From assembly GCA_965214405.1 (NCBI GenBank), contig OZ243956.1:3808001-3872000 (forward strand): a DNA stretch of 64,000 nucleotides. The letters run 5' to 3'. Shown piece by piece: positions 28,385 through 41,244 of the stretch. Made by a program: the position numbers and the translations under genes. Each line of letters opens with the position of its first letter. The first letter of the stretch is position 1. The DNA is from Trueperaceae bacterium (GTDB lineage: Bacteria > Deinococcota > Deinococci > Deinococcales > Trueperaceae). The notes under the pieces are model-generated. The model was given only the letters and a program-made list of their open reading frames with translations, was not told the origin of the DNA and did not search any database.

Positions 28385-28535
28385 AGCGACCCTCCAAAAA
28401 ACGTGTGCAGTTCTTCACTGCCTTGTCACTGATTATGACAGATTTTTGAGAGGCGTGTTAGAATATTAAGAGATAGTGAATCACTATTACTTCGCGGAGG
28501 TTTAGGCTTCGCGCCGGATCGGGCGTTTGGGCGCG

Positions 28536-29234
28536 CTAAAACTCCGTTTTTTGCCCCATCGGGTGAAAGAGGATGTTGTCTAAGCGCATCCGCGCGGGGC
28601 GGGTGAGGGCGTAGAGAATGGCGTCGGCCACGTCTTGAGGAGAGAGAGCGTTTTCGTCCACGGCCTGCGGCTGGCTGTCGCCGAAGTGGGTGGCGACCAC
28701 GCCGGGGCGCACCTCGCTCACGCGGACGCCGTCGCCCTCGACCTCCATTTGCAGGGCGCGCGTAAAGGCGCGTTGCGCGAACTTTGACGAGGTGTAGAGG
28801 CTGCCGTTCGCAAAGGTGCGCGAACTCACGTCGGAGGTCACCACGATGATGTGCCCGCCCCGCTCGCGGACGCTCGGTAAAAAAGCCTTGGTCACGAGAA
28901 ACGTGCCGCGCACATTAACGTTGTAGATGCGGTCCCATTCTTCAAGGCTGAGCGCCTCAACAGACTTGAACACGCCGACGCCCGCGTTGTTAACGAGAAT
29001 ATCTACCGCGTGATGGTCTAACACCGCCTGAGCAAAAGCCGTGACGCTGGTGGGGTCGGCAACGTCAAGCTGCAAACCCTGGATGTTGGCGTGCTCGCTC
29101 TCGAGCGCCTCCAAATCCTCCACCGAACGCGCCCCCGCGTAAACGGTCGCGCCCGCGTAGGCGAGATTTAGGGCCGTAGCGCGGCCAATCCCGCGGCTCG
29201 CGCCGGTCACAACGGCCACTTTGTCTTTAATCAT
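28536..29234 (-). CDS. Short-chain dehydrogenase/reductase
   Basis: TGASRGIG, NNAG and YTSSK. Confidence 0.93.
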   Translation of the reverse strand: MIKDKVAVVTGASRGIGRATALNLAYAGATVYAGARSVEDLEALESEHANIQGLQLDVADPTSVTAFAQAVLDHHAVDILVNNAGVGVFKSVEALSLEEWDRIYNVNVRGTFLVTKAFLPSVRERGGHIIVVTSDVSSRTFANGSLYTSSKFAQRAFTRALQMEVEGDGVRVSEVRPGVVATHFGDSQPQAVDENALSPQDVADAILYALTRPARMRLDNILFHPMGQKTEF

Positions 29235-29370
29235 TCGCGGTCACTTCCTCTATGTATGACTTGATGAAACACTTTTTAACCTCACTTTTTAACCTGGTTT
29301 GTAACTTTCGAGTGAGCGTAAGGTGTTTTCTCCCCACTTTCCTACACTCTATCTTCCTGTCTCAGAATTA

Positions 29371-29925
29371 CTAAAGCGTCGCCGCCTCGGGCGGGGCGGG
29401 GTGCCCCTCGCGCCACCGCGCCGCGGGCAGTTCCATCTGCACGTCAGTGCGGCCCCCGCCCGCGCTCACGCGGCGCACCTCGGCGAAACCGGCCTTGCGA
29501 AAGGCGGCGCGCGCGCGGGCATTGTCGGCAAAGGTGCTTAAGGTCACGCGCTCGAGCCCCAGCTCGTTAAAGGCGTACTCCAAGAGCGCGTGAATCGCCT
29601 CGGGGCCGTAGCCCCTGCTCCAGTGCGATTTTTCGCCAATGATAATGCCCAGCGTGGCCGAGGCGTGCCGCACGTCGTAGAGTTCGATGGTGCCGATGTA
29701 GGCGTCCCTCTCGTCAAACACCCCAAAGGTCTCGCGGTCGGCGCGGCGGCTGTCGGCCTTGAGCACGCGCTTCAAAAGCCAGAGCGGCATCCGGTTGGGC
29801 GGGGTGCCGTTTAAGTGCGCGATTTCGGCGTCGCGGAAGTGCGCGTGGATGCGCCGCCAGGCCCGCCCGTCGAGCTCAGCGAGCGGCCTTAACGTCACGC
29901 GTTTGTAGGAGAGCGGTGCGCCCAT
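29371..29925 (-). CDS. RimJ/RimL-type GNAT acetyltransferase
   Basis: LGIIIGEKSHWSRGYG, YAF..LGL and N.RA...F.K.GF; TACAAT 6 nt before ATG 29925. Confidence 0.88.
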   Translation of the reverse strand: MGAPLSYKRVTLRPLAELDGRAWRRIHAHFRDAEIAHLNGTPPNRMPLWLLKRVLKADSRRADRETFGVFDERDAYIGTIELYDVRHASATLGIIIGEKSHWSRGYGPEAIHALLEYAFNELGLERVTLSTFADNARARAAFRKAGFAEVRRVSAGGGRTDVQMELPAARWREGHPAPPEAATL

Positions 29926-30349
29926 GCGCCGATTGTATCCCGCGGTTTTGCTGCGGGTTCCGTGCAGCGAAACCCACAAAGCCACGCCCGCCGCTGTCAC
30001 AACGGCTATCATAAACATGACCGTCACGCTAAAAGTCGTCATCCTGTCAATCCCGTCGCCTTATGGAGTCGCTACACCAGCTTCCGCTCATGGTGCGCTC
30101 CAAGCTACCGTCAGCTTCATCTTTACACAACACGCTCTGACGCAGTCTTTTGTAAAGCAGCTTTCTATAAAGTTGAGTTGCCGCCAAGCGTTCTCACCGA
30201 AACATGGTGACTGGCTAAAAACATCTTCAAAGACGTTCCGGCTGAGGCCGGTGGGCGTCATGAATGGTAGGGTGAGTGAACTTTCGGCGTGGGCTCTCGA
30301 GCGCGTGTGGCTGCTTAACAATCAGCCGGGCTCGAGCCTTAGGAGATAA

Positions 30350-31318
<969 letters not shown>

Positions 31319-31360
31319 TAGGCTCAGATGTCTGTAATAACCTTGTCTCGAGGAGGCCGT

Positions 31361-32023
31361 ATGCGTCACGTTCGCAGGTGGAATAGGGGCCGTCTGTTTT
31401 TGGCAGCCCTCGTAGGTTGTGCGCTCGCCGCTTGTGCTCAGGAGACCCCTGGCGGAACTTATGTACGTCCTGAAAAAGTGCTGGCCGAGCGGTTGGAGGG
31501 CTTCGGAGGGTTTTTCTACAGCGATGAAGGCTTTCCTACCCTCTTGCTCGCGGTCGAAGGCTCACTGACTAGGGTGGGGGAGCCGCTCGAGCTTCCGAAG
31601 GCCGAGTTGACGCGCATCAAAGATTTGTTTACTGAGGTGTATGGTGAGGAAATCTTCTATGCTCAACCGCCTATGGGGGAGCGCCCCGTACCAGGAGAAC
31701 CCCTCAAGGAAGCCGAACTGCGGGTAACTGCCGCCCAGTACAGTTTTGCTCAGTTGGACGGGTGGGCGGACGAACTCAACTCCTTTATCCTTGGACCTCA
31801 GGACGGTGCATTTAGTGCATTCTTTAGCATTGACTCACGTGACGAACGCGCTTTTGTCACCATAAGCCTCGAGGACGTAACCGACGCCGAAAGCATCAGG
31901 AACATCGAGCGTCTTTTACAGGAGAACAAAATCCCGAGAGAGGCGGTGGTTTTTGAGCAGGGAGACGTTATAGGGACCACAGGCGGTGGTTCTTCACCGT
32001 CACCGGATGATTTCTCCCCGTAG
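31361..32023 (+). CDS. Hypothetical lipoprotein
   Basis: AGGAGG RBS, lipobox LAAC and an EGFGGFF motif. Confidence 0.7.
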   Translation: MRHVRRWNRGRLFLAALVGCALAACAQETPGGTYVRPEKVLAERLEGFGGFFYSDEGFPTLLLAVEGSLTRVGEPLELPKAELTRIKDLFTEVYGEEIFYAQPPMGERPVPGEPLKEAELRVTAAQYSFAQLDGWADELNSFILGPQDGAFSAFFSIDSRDERAFVTISLEDVTDAESIRNIERLLQENKIPREAVVFEQGDVIGTTGGGSSPSPDDFSP

Positions 32024-32897
32024 CCGCGCGCTCCTAGACCGCTACGCCCTCGCCTCGAGGGCGCTGTCGCAGGAGACGGGGGAGAGGTTGGCGAGCGAGG
32101 CGGGGCAGAGCGTCGAGTTTCACGATTTTCGGCCCTATGACGCGGGGGACGAACTTAGATACGTGGACTGGAAGGTCTACGCGCGCACCGGCAGGCTCTA
32201 CACCCGGCTCTACCAGGCGGAGCGGACCATTGCGGTGTACGTGGTGCTCGATACCAGCCCGAGTATGTCGCTGGGTCACAAGGCGCGGTACGCGCGGCTC
32301 CTGGCGGGGCTGCTGAGCTACGTGGCGCAGCGCGACGCTCGCTCCCAGGTTCACCTTTTTAACGGTCAGCACAGCCCGCCCGGTATGGGGCGCGCGGGCA
32401 TCGCGCCGGTGTGGTCGTTTATCGACGACGCGCCCGCGCTTACCGGGGAGGGCCTAAGCCCGACCGCCGCCCTAAAAAACTTTGCGCTCCGCTCGCGCTT
32501 TGGCGCGGGGGCGGGGCTCGCGCTCGTGATTTCGGACCTTTTCGACGAGGCCCCCTTGCAGCCCGCGCTGGCGGCTTTGAAAGCTCGAGGCCTCGACGCA
32601 AGCTTTTTGCACGTGATGGCCGAGGCCGACCTTCATCCTGAAGAGGGGCAGCTCGAGCTCATCGACGCCGAAAGCGGCGAGCGGCTGGCGGTGGGTCCCG
32701 ACGAGGTACGCGCCTACCGGGAGGCGGTGCAGGGCTTTGTCGCGCGCACGCGGGGGGCGATTCTTAGGGCGGGCTTCCGCCACGCGCTGCTCCGGGTGCC
32801 GGGTGACAGCGCCCCCAATTCGGAGCCCGAAGACGCGGTTTTGGAGCGCGCCGCCTTTGCCGAACTCGTCCGCGCGGGGGTGTTGCAAAAGCGTTAG
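32007..32897 (+). CDS. DUF58 family (VWA-like, MoxR-associated) protein
   Basis: GQSVEFHDFRPY..GDELRYVDWKVYAR, LDTSPSM and ISD. Confidence 0.92.
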   Translation: MISPRSRALLDRYALASRALSQETGERLASEAGQSVEFHDFRPYDAGDELRYVDWKVYARTGRLYTRLYQAERTIAVYVVLDTSPSMSLGHKARYARLLAGLLSYVAQRDARSQVHLFNGQHSPPGMGRAGIAPVWSFIDDAPALTGEGLSPTAALKNFALRSRFGAGAGLALVISDLFDEAPLQPALAALKARGLDASFLHVMAEADLHPEEGQLELIDAESGERLAVGPDEVRAYREAVQGFVARTRGAILRAGFRHALLRVPGDSAPNSEPEDAVLERAAFAELVRAGVLQKR

Positions 32898-32999
32898 AGT
32901 GAGAGCGTTGGCGGTTTGTGGGGAGGCGAACTCGGTGACGTGTTTATTTCGTCCTTACTGGCATTTTCCTTTTCCTCTGGTCTATTCTCGGTAGACACC

Positions 33000-33527
33000 G
33001 TGACGCAGGAGCGGGAGACGCTCGAGCCCCTCGAGGACAAGGGTCCCGTCCGCTCGTTGCGGCAGCGGCTGGGCTTGCGCGGCGAACTCACCCTGGCCCT
33101 TTTTCCGACCATAACCGTACTGGGCGTGTTCGCGCTCGTCGAGGTGTTGAGTCGGCAGCGGCTACTTTTTACCTCGCTCGCCTCGAGCGCCTTTTTAATC
33201 TACTTAGACCCGCAGCATAATACCAACAGCGCCCGTACTCTGGTGACGGCGCAGCTTATGGCGGCGGGGGTGGGGCTTCTCACCTATATTCTTTTCGGCC
33301 CGACTTACTTGGCGGGCGGCTCCGCGATGGTCGTAACCATCGTGCTGATGATTGTCCTGGACGTGATGCACCCGCCCGCGGTCTCGACCTCGCTTTCGTT
33401 TGCGTTTCGCGCGGGGGCGGCGAGTAACATCCTTATTTTCGGTCTGGCGGTGGGGGTGACGCTTCTGTTGGTGGGGCTCGAGTTCGTCGCGGAGCGGCTG
33501 CTGGTGCGACTGACGCGCCACGCGTGA
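33000..33527 (+). CDS. HPP family membrane protein
   Basis: SLASSAFL and MHPPAVST in a multi-TM protein. Start is uncertain (track starts at 32916). Confidence 0.85.
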   Translation: MTQERETLEPLEDKGPVRSLRQRLGLRGELTLALFPTITVLGVFALVEVLSRQRLLFTSLASSAFLIYLDPQHNTNSARTLVTAQLMAAGVGLLTYILFGPTYLAGGSAMVVTIVLMIVLDVMHPPAVSTSLSFAFRAGAASNILIFGLAVGVTLLLVGLEFVAERLLVRLTRHA

Positions 33528-33600
33528 GGTGGTGCGGCTCAGCGGGGTAAAGGACTTAGAAGAGGACGTGAGGCTGGACCTCACGTGATAAGGGGAAGAT

Positions 33601-34128
33601 ATGGATTCAAAAGGCGAGAGAACGAATGACACCCGTAGCAGCGCGCGCGGGGAGAGCGTGGGGAACGCGCTGGGGGCGGTGCTGTTGCCGCTGGGGCTCA
33701 TTTTCGGGCTGGTGCTGCTCTTGAGCCTCAACGTTGGCGCGCCGGGGGCTGAGGCGGCGGCGGAGAACCCGCTCGAGACCTGGCTCAAGATCATCGTCGG
33801 CTACATCGCCACGGGCGCGGAAATCGCCGCGTCTCTGGTGATCGGCTTTGGCGTATTGCGGGCGGTCGTCTTTTCGGCGGGCTACTTTGTCACGCCCAAA
33901 AATCAACCCCCCGATTCCACCGAGGCCATCCGGCTGCGGCTGGGCCGGGTGCTCGCGCTGGGCCTAGAGTTCACCGTCGCCAGCGACATTTTGCGCACCG
34001 CCGTCGCGCCGACGCGTCAGGACATCCTCAACTTGGGCGCGCTGGTCCTCTTGCGCACGCTCCTCAACTACTTTTTAGAGCGCGAAATCCGCGAGGGGGA
34101 GAGGGCTCGAGAGGCGAGTAGAACCTAG
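33601..34128 (+). CDS. DUF1622 family membrane protein
   Basis: RLRLGR.L.LGLEF.VA.DILRT..AP and RT.LNYFL..EI. Confidence 0.88.
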   Translation: MDSKGERTNDTRSSARGESVGNALGAVLLPLGLIFGLVLLLSLNVGAPGAEAAAENPLETWLKIIVGYIATGAEIAASLVIGFGVLRAVVFSAGYFVTPKNQPPDSTEAIRLRLGRVLALGLEFTVASDILRTAVAPTRQDILNLGALVLLRTLLNYFLEREIREGERAREASRT

Positions 34129-34179
34129 TCAACCGTCTCCAGCCGCAGCGTCCGTTCTACCACCTAAGTTATGTACCCT

Positions 34180-34593
34180 TTAAGGTGAGATGATAGCGAT
34201 GGACTCATTTCGGTTCTTACGGTAAATCAAGAAATCGCTGTCGAACGTTAGCACCGAACTATCCTTTAGCGTCTCCGCCATCCGTACGATGCACGCGTCC
34301 GCCAGCGACATAGGAAGGGACGAAAACCGCTCCATAAGTTCCGTAACGTTCTGAACGTGCTCCTCCAGGCTGAAGGTAACATCTACCAAACCGGAGGACA
34401 GCGTTGCCATCACCGCGGCTTGTCCGCCGTGCGTGTTGCGCAGCAAAAAGCAAGCTTCGGAAAGCACCGCCTCGCAGGTCAGTAGGGGTGGCTCGAGCTC
34501 AGCTAACTGCGCTTTTACCCAGGCGTGCTGCACCTCGCGGCGGTTCAGGAGCGCGACCAGCGGTCCCGTGTCCAGAATGACCTTGCTTGTCAA
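34180..34593 (-). CDS. vapC: VapC-like PIN-domain toxin
   Basis: ILDTGPLVA, E, MSLADAC and TFDSDF..YR; overlaps the upstream antitoxin stop. Confidence 0.88.
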   Translation of the reverse strand: MTSKVILDTGPLVALLNRREVQHAWVKAQLAELEPPLLTCEAVLSEACFLLRNTHGGQAAVMATLSSGLVDVTFSLEEHVQNVTELMERFSSLPMSLADACIVRMAETLKDSSVLTFDSDFLIYRKNRNESIAIISP

Positions 34594-34820
34594 TCTTTAC
34601 CGTACTCGTTCAAATGCTGAGGATTGGTCGCCAAGTCACCCGGCCCACCTTCAACGCTGCCGACCAATTCCCCTGCCAAATCCAGCGCGGACACACCCTC
34701 ACACATGTTAGTACGCTGCTGCGTTTTACCCTCCAAAAACTCCACAAAGTCAAGGACCTCCCGCTGACGCTCAGGCGGCAACTCGCGCAGTTTTTCCAAA
34801 ACAGCCTCTTCGACGTTCAT
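34590..34820 (-). CDS. DUF2281-like antitoxin
   Basis: LP.E.Q.EVLDFVEFL and GP.DL.TNP.HL..YG; lies upstream of the PIN gene. Confidence 0.8.
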   Translation of the reverse strand: MNVEEAVLEKLRELPPERQREVLDFVEFLEGKTQQRTNMCEGVSALDLAGELVGSVEGGPGDLATNPQHLNEYGKD

Positions 34821-34891
34821 AAAGTGCTCCTTTTTTAGATTCTACCCTCTTTCTCAGTAGACCTGTTCCGGGCGCGCGAGGCCAGCAGAAC

Positions 34892-35596
34892 CTAATAGAC
34901 CATCTCCATCCGCAGCCCCGCGCCGTCCACGGGCGGGTCCGCGGGCAAGGTTTCGGCCGTTCCACTAAGAACACGCGCCGCCGTCCAGAGCGCGGCGAAC
35001 GCGTCTAAGATGTCGTCGTCAGCCACGGTTTTCGCTGGGAAGAGAGCGCGTACGGGTTCCATCACGCCCACGCCGAAATGCGTCTCGATAAGCCCCTGCC
35101 TCTCCCCTCGCCCTTCCGGCTTTTTCTTGCCGTGCGCCATCGGCTCGAGCCCATTCAAGGCCCAAAAACACACCTCCGGATGAACCTCGCGGACCCACGC
35201 CTGCAAAGACGCGTCCTCCCGCAGCGCCTCGTCTACCTCCCTCACCTTGGGATAAATGCCCCACGCGTAAGGGCTCACCCCGCGCCCGTCTACCTCGCGG
35301 GTAATGCGGCTCGCCTCGGTTCGACTGGTTGCTTCCAACGCCGGGCGGATGGGCGCGGGAAAGACGCTGCGGCCTCGAGGCCCCAGCAGCGTGCGCGCTT
35401 CGTCGTCGCACCTTCTCGAGCCCTTATCAGGCAGGCCGATGGGCATGTCAATCGTCAACACGGTGGGCGTGGGGCTTTGAGAGAAAAGTTCCCGCGCCGA
35501 GCTGAAAACCTCAGCCGTTACTTCTCCCGTCTCCGTATCTTTGCTAATGCACAGCCAACCGCCCCGGCAGCCGTCCACTCCGGCGAGTCGCGTCAT
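34892..35596 (-). CDS. DUF429 family predicted nuclease (RNase H-like)
   Basis: GVDGCRGGW, IDMPIGLP, SVFPAP, EVHPE and DD.LDA. Confidence 0.9.
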   Translation of the reverse strand: MTRLAGVDGCRGGWLCISKDTETGEVTAEVFSSARELFSQSPTPTVLTIDMPIGLPDKGSRRCDDEARTLLGPRGRSVFPAPIRPALEATSRTEASRITREVDGRGVSPYAWGIYPKVREVDEALREDASLQAWVREVHPEVCFWALNGLEPMAHGKKKPEGRGERQGLIETHFGVGVMEPVRALFPAKTVADDDILDAFAALWTAARVLSGTAETLPADPPVDGAGLRMEMVY

Positions 35597-35689
35597 CTTG
35601 GGCCTCCGAGAGCACTTTATCGGCTCGAGCCCCGGCGCTTCGTACGCCTTCCCTAACTCTCCGGAGCGTCCGCTCGCTACACTTTCCTT

Positions 35690-36403
35690 ATGACCCCCGC
35701 GACGCTCGAGGATTTGCGCGAGAAAACCCTGACGGTTCACGCCATTCTCTGCGAAACCTACGGCGCGCCCTTTCCCTTTTTCCGCGACGTGGACCCGCTA
35801 ACCGAACTTGTCGGCTCGATGCTCTCGCACCGGACGCGCAACGCGGACTCGGGCCGCGCGCTTGTGAGCCTCAAAACGCGCTTCAGGCGGTGGGAGATGG
35901 TTAGAGACGCGCCTGTAGAAGAGGTCGAGGAGGCCATCAAGGCCGCAACCTGGCCCGAACAAAAAGCGCCGCGCATCCAGGGGGCGCTTCGCTTCATCAC
36001 GGAGGAACGCGGTGAGCTGTCGCTCGACTTTTTAGGCGAGATGGAGGTGGGGGCGGCGCGGAGGTGGCTCGAGCGTCTCCCCGGCGTCGGCCCCAAAACG
36101 AGCGCGGCGGTGCTCCTTTTTTCCCAGTTAAGAATGCCCGCCATGCCCGTGGACTCGCACCATCACCGGGTGGCGGCGCGGCTGGGGTTGATTCCTGAAA
36201 ATGTTGGTCCGGGCGCGGCGCACGCTCAGTTACGCGCGCTTCTACCCGAAGACTGGTCGGCGCAGCTCCTTTACGACCACCACGAGGCGCTGATGTACCA
36301 CGGGCAAAAGTGCTGCTTTTACAAAAATCCGGCGTGTAAAAGGTGTCCGGTGTTGTCGCTGTGTCCTCATGGTCAGGAGCGGCTGGGGGATGGGAAAGCT
36401 TAG
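35690..36403 (+). CDS. nth: Endonuclease III-like HhH-GPD glycosylase
   Basis: LPGVGPKT, PVDSH..RV and C-X6-C-X2-C-X5-C Fe-S motif. Confidence 0.85.
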   Translation: MTPATLEDLREKTLTVHAILCETYGAPFPFFRDVDPLTELVGSMLSHRTRNADSGRALVSLKTRFRRWEMVRDAPVEEVEEAIKAATWPEQKAPRIQGALRFITEERGELSLDFLGEMEVGAARRWLERLPGVGPKTSAAVLLFSQLRMPAMPVDSHHHRVAARLGLIPENVGPGAAHAQLRALLPEDWSAQLLYDHHEALMYHGQKCCFYKNPACKRCPVLSLCPHGQERLGDGKA

Positions 36404-36419
36404 GATGTGGGGCTCGAGC

Positions 36420-37088
36420 CTAAGGTGCCTCCGCCAAAAAAAGTTTGAGGTAATACGTGTGCGCTCTCTCCTCACCATGTTTCTCGTAACGCTGCAGCAA
36501 CCGGACGAGGTCGCGCTGTAAGGCCTTGGCTTCCTCCGGCGCGAGCTTCAGCGGTTGGCGGATGAGCAGGTACGGGGGCGCTTCGTCGCTCAAGAGATGC
36601 TCTAAATAAGCCTCCCAGGTCGTGACCCCGTAGCGCGGCGAGGCCGTCATCCGCGTTGGCCCGTCCTCGCTAAGGAAGTAGGCGCGCCCCCAAGCGCCGT
36701 CGTCCGCGAACCTATGCAAACTCTTGGCCGCGGCGGCGGCGAGGTCCGGCGTCGTGCGCGCTTCGGACGCGGCGATGTGCTCGGCGAGGGTGGCGGCCGG
36801 AACGTCCCCGAAGGAGACGAAGAAGACCTCGCCGGTTGTCCGGTAGCGTTTTATGGGGCGTCCCTTGCGCTTTTCTACGCGCTCGAGTCCCAGCAAGCCG
36901 AGCTTAACGGCCCGCTCTACAAAGTACGCCATGCGGTCTAGGTTGACGTCGGCGCGGCGCGCCGCCTCCGCCACGCCCACGGCCCCCTCAAAAAAGGGGG
37001 CGAGCAGCTCCAGGCGGTCGTCGTCCAAAAGGGCGACAGCCTCGGGGTGGGTGACGCGGACCCATGAACTGGAATTTACCTCTTGCAT
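36420..37088 (-). CDS. ArsR-like winged-HTH protein
   Basis: L.PF.......AA......L..M.Y.V....LGLL and R.GRPIK.Y. Confidence 0.65.
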   Translation of the reverse strand: MQEVNSSSWVRVTHPEAVALLDDDRLELLAPFFEGAVGVAEAARRADVNLDRMAYFVERAVKLGLLGLERVEKRKGRPIKRYRTTGEVFFVSFGDVPAATLAEHIAASEARTTPDLAAAAAKSLHRFADDGAWGRAYFLSEDGPTRMTASPRYGVTTWEAYLEHLLSDEAPPYLLIRQPLKLAPEEAKALQRDLVRLLQRYEKHGEERAHTYYLKLFLAEAP

Positions 37089-37193
37089 TCCCGGTAGCTT
37101 ATGCGAGAGCATTTTTGGTGTCTGTCGCGCGCGCAAACATGTGCATTAAGCCACGGCCGCTCGTCAGGCAAATTCTCGAGAAAAGGTAAGCTC

Positions 37194-37877
37194 ATGACTT
37201 ATTCGTCAAACCGTACGAAAGGAACAGAACCCGAATGTAGAGCGACCTGGCGCTGGTTCGACGTGCCGCTCATCTTGCTCGTTGGCGTCCTCGGCGCGGC
37301 CGTTGTACTCATCGCCGGAGAAAGCGTGTCGCCGGGGGCCGCGGGAAATCCGGACCTTTTCGCCCTTTGCGTCGGGGCGGGGCTCTGCGCAGGAGTGTTG
37401 GCTGGCGCGCTCTGGCGACGCGTGGGGCCGCGCGCGCTCGGCCTGCGGGGGGCGCGGTCGCGCTGGTGGTGGACGGCGCTCCTTGTCGCGGCGCTATGGG
37501 CGCCGCTCAGGGTGTTACCTTTCGAAAACCTCTCTTCCTTCTCCCCCTCGGCGCTTTTCCAGGCACGTCCAGGAGATGTGGCGTTTTCCATCCTCGCCGC
37601 CGCTATGCTCGTTCCCCTCGGCGAGGAGCTTTTCTACCGCGGCGTCCTCTACCGCTGGCTGCGTTCCCTGGTGCCCTTGTGGCCCGCGTTGGCGCTCTCC
37701 GCCGCCCTGTTCGCCGCGGCGCACTGGAGCGGTCATCCTTTGCAGGCGATGCTCGTGCTCGGCTCGGGCCTCCTTTACGCGTGGCTCTTTGAGCGCAGCG
37801 GCTCGCTCCTGCCGGGGATATTGGTCCACGCGCTCGTCAACTTGTCGGCTTTGCTGCTGACGCTGGCGCGGGGTTAA
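37194..37877 (+). CDS. CPBP (CAAX protease/Abi) intramembrane metalloprotease
   Basis: EELFYRG, FAAAH and H...N motifs. Confidence 0.9.
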   Translation: MTYSSNRTKGTEPECRATWRWFDVPLILLVGVLGAAVVLIAGESVSPGAAGNPDLFALCVGAGLCAGVLAGALWRRVGPRALGLRGARSRWWWTALLVAALWAPLRVLPFENLSSFSPSALFQARPGDVAFSILAAAMLVPLGEELFYRGVLYRWLRSLVPLWPALALSAALFAAAHWSGHPLQAMLVLGSGLLYAWLFERSGSLLPGILVHALVNLSALLLTLARG

Positions 37878-37879
37878 AA

Positions 37880-38074
37880 ATGACGCTGGAGGCGCTCGAG
37901 TCAGACCTCACCGGGCTCATCCTGTTTCTCTTCGGGATTTTTTGCGCTTACTGGGCGCAAGAGGAGGGGCGCAACGCCTGGCTCTGGTTTTTCGCCGGGC
38001 TCATTTTCGGGCCGCTCACAGGCCTCGTCCTTTTGCGCCTCTACAGCCGACGGCGACGCGCTGAGCGTGGGTGA
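37880..38074 (+). CDS. Small two-TM membrane protein
   Basis: CAYWAQ..GRNAWLWFF.GL.F.P pattern; starts 2 nt after the CPBP stop. Confidence 0.7.
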   Translation: MTLEALESDLTGLILFLFGIFCAYWAQEEGRNAWLWFFAGLIFGPLTGLVLLRLYSRRRRAERG

Positions 38075-38149
38075 GGAGGGTGCGGGGGCTCGAGCCACCC
38101 TTACAACTCACCTCGAGCGTAAACCAGCACAACCCGGCTCGTAACGAGT

Positions 38150-40324
<2,175 letters not shown>

Positions 40325-40327
40325 CTT

Positions 40328-40711
40328 GTGACTGTTCAAAAACTTGATGAACTGGGTTGGACACATCGTGAGTACAACGTTATGAGCCAATTTGAGTATC
40401 AGGAAGCTATAGAGGAATTCTACCGTGCGAAAGGTGACTCAGCGGTTCAGCATGAAGAAATTGATGTTTCAAACAAGTCTCTGGATGAAACAAAAGGTGT
40501 TTTTCTCGGGCTAAAGCTCGAGGACACAAAAAACTTCAAAATCCTTTGGCCCTACGACAGGTTTGGAGCGAGAGTTGAGCTAAAAAACTTCGTCGCCAAC
40601 TTAGATAGTCTTTGGTATCCCTCTCAGGACGATGTGATTCTCACTAGTAAGAACATGGTGATAGAGCTAAATCACGAAGAAAAAATACAGATTTACAGTC
40701 GGTTCTCGTAA
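40328..40711 (+). CDS. Low-GC hypothetical protein, possibly an orphan immunity protein
   Basis: AT-rich 127-aa acidic ORF with LWYPSQDD and LNHEE motifs. Confidence 0.55.
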   Translation: MTVQKLDELGWTHREYNVMSQFEYQEAIEEFYRAKGDSAVQHEEIDVSNKSLDETKGVFLGLKLEDTKNFKILWPYDRFGARVELKNFVANLDSLWYPSQDDVILTSKNMVIELNHEEKIQIYSRFS

Positions 40712-40716
40712 TTTTC

Positions 40717-40803
40717 TTACCGCCCAACTCTGCCGGACTGTGGTGATTGGTGAAGCATTTCTGCGTAGAAAAGCGAGAAAATGACGCTCGTGTCAAAGTA
40801 CAT
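40717..40803 (-). pseudogene. vapC: Truncated VapC/PIN toxin
   Basis: ATG overlaps the antitoxin TGA; MYFDTSVIFSLF is a PIN N-terminus but the ORF stops after 28 aa. Confidence 0.7.
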
Positions 40804-41033
40804 CAGTAGCGTTCTTGTTCACGTGCCAGCAGAACCCCGTTCTCCACCGGCCCCTCACTAATCTTTTGCCGCACGGCTTTTAATCTGAATAAGTCGAGTT
40901 TTGGACGCTCCATTGTGGGTCCCAATTCCGCCACAAGCTTTCCGTGCCGGGTGACGGTAATGCGCTCGCCTCGAGACGCCCGCTCTAAAAGTTCAGCCAG
41001 AGAGCGGCGGGCTTGAGAGTAAGAGACTTCCAT
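40803..41033 (-). CDS. Phd/YefM antitoxin
   Basis: AR..L.ELL.....GE.I.VTRHG..VA.L.P; TACAAT 6 nt before ATG. Confidence 0.88.
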   Translation of the reverse strand: MEVSYSQARRSLAELLERASRGERITVTRHGKLVAELGPTMERPKLDLFRLKAVRQKISEGPVENGVLLAREQERY

Positions 41034-41084
41034 ACGCGCATTGTACAGCAAGCAGGTACAACATTGGAGACTTGCACTCGAGGC

Positions 41085-41113
41085 TTGCCAAACTCACAAA
41101 TTTGCTTTATCCT
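41085..41113 (+). promoter_or_regulatory. sigma70-type promoter
   Basis: TTGCCA-17 nt-TATCCT; predicted start near 41120. Confidence 0.7.
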
Positions 41114-41119
41114 CTTCTT

Positions 41120-41228
41120 AGGCACTCGAGGGGTGCCTGCACCCACAAAAGAGGATGTCACCCTCAGCACTTCACTTCAAGCGGTTAAAACTTTCTTTGC
41201 GCCCTATGCGTGGGTAAAGGGGCTCACT
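41120..41228 (+). ncRNA. Putative structured 5' leader RNA
   Basis: Three predicted hairpins between the promoter and the AAGGAG RBS of the gene at 41245. Confidence 0.5.
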
Positions 41229-41244
41229 ATGCAAAGGAGTTCTT

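Noticed and set aside
29926..30042. TM-containing N-terminal extension of the GNAT gene
   Set aside because: TACAAT sits 6 nt before ATG 29925 (leaderless pattern), and RimJ-type enzymes are soluble.
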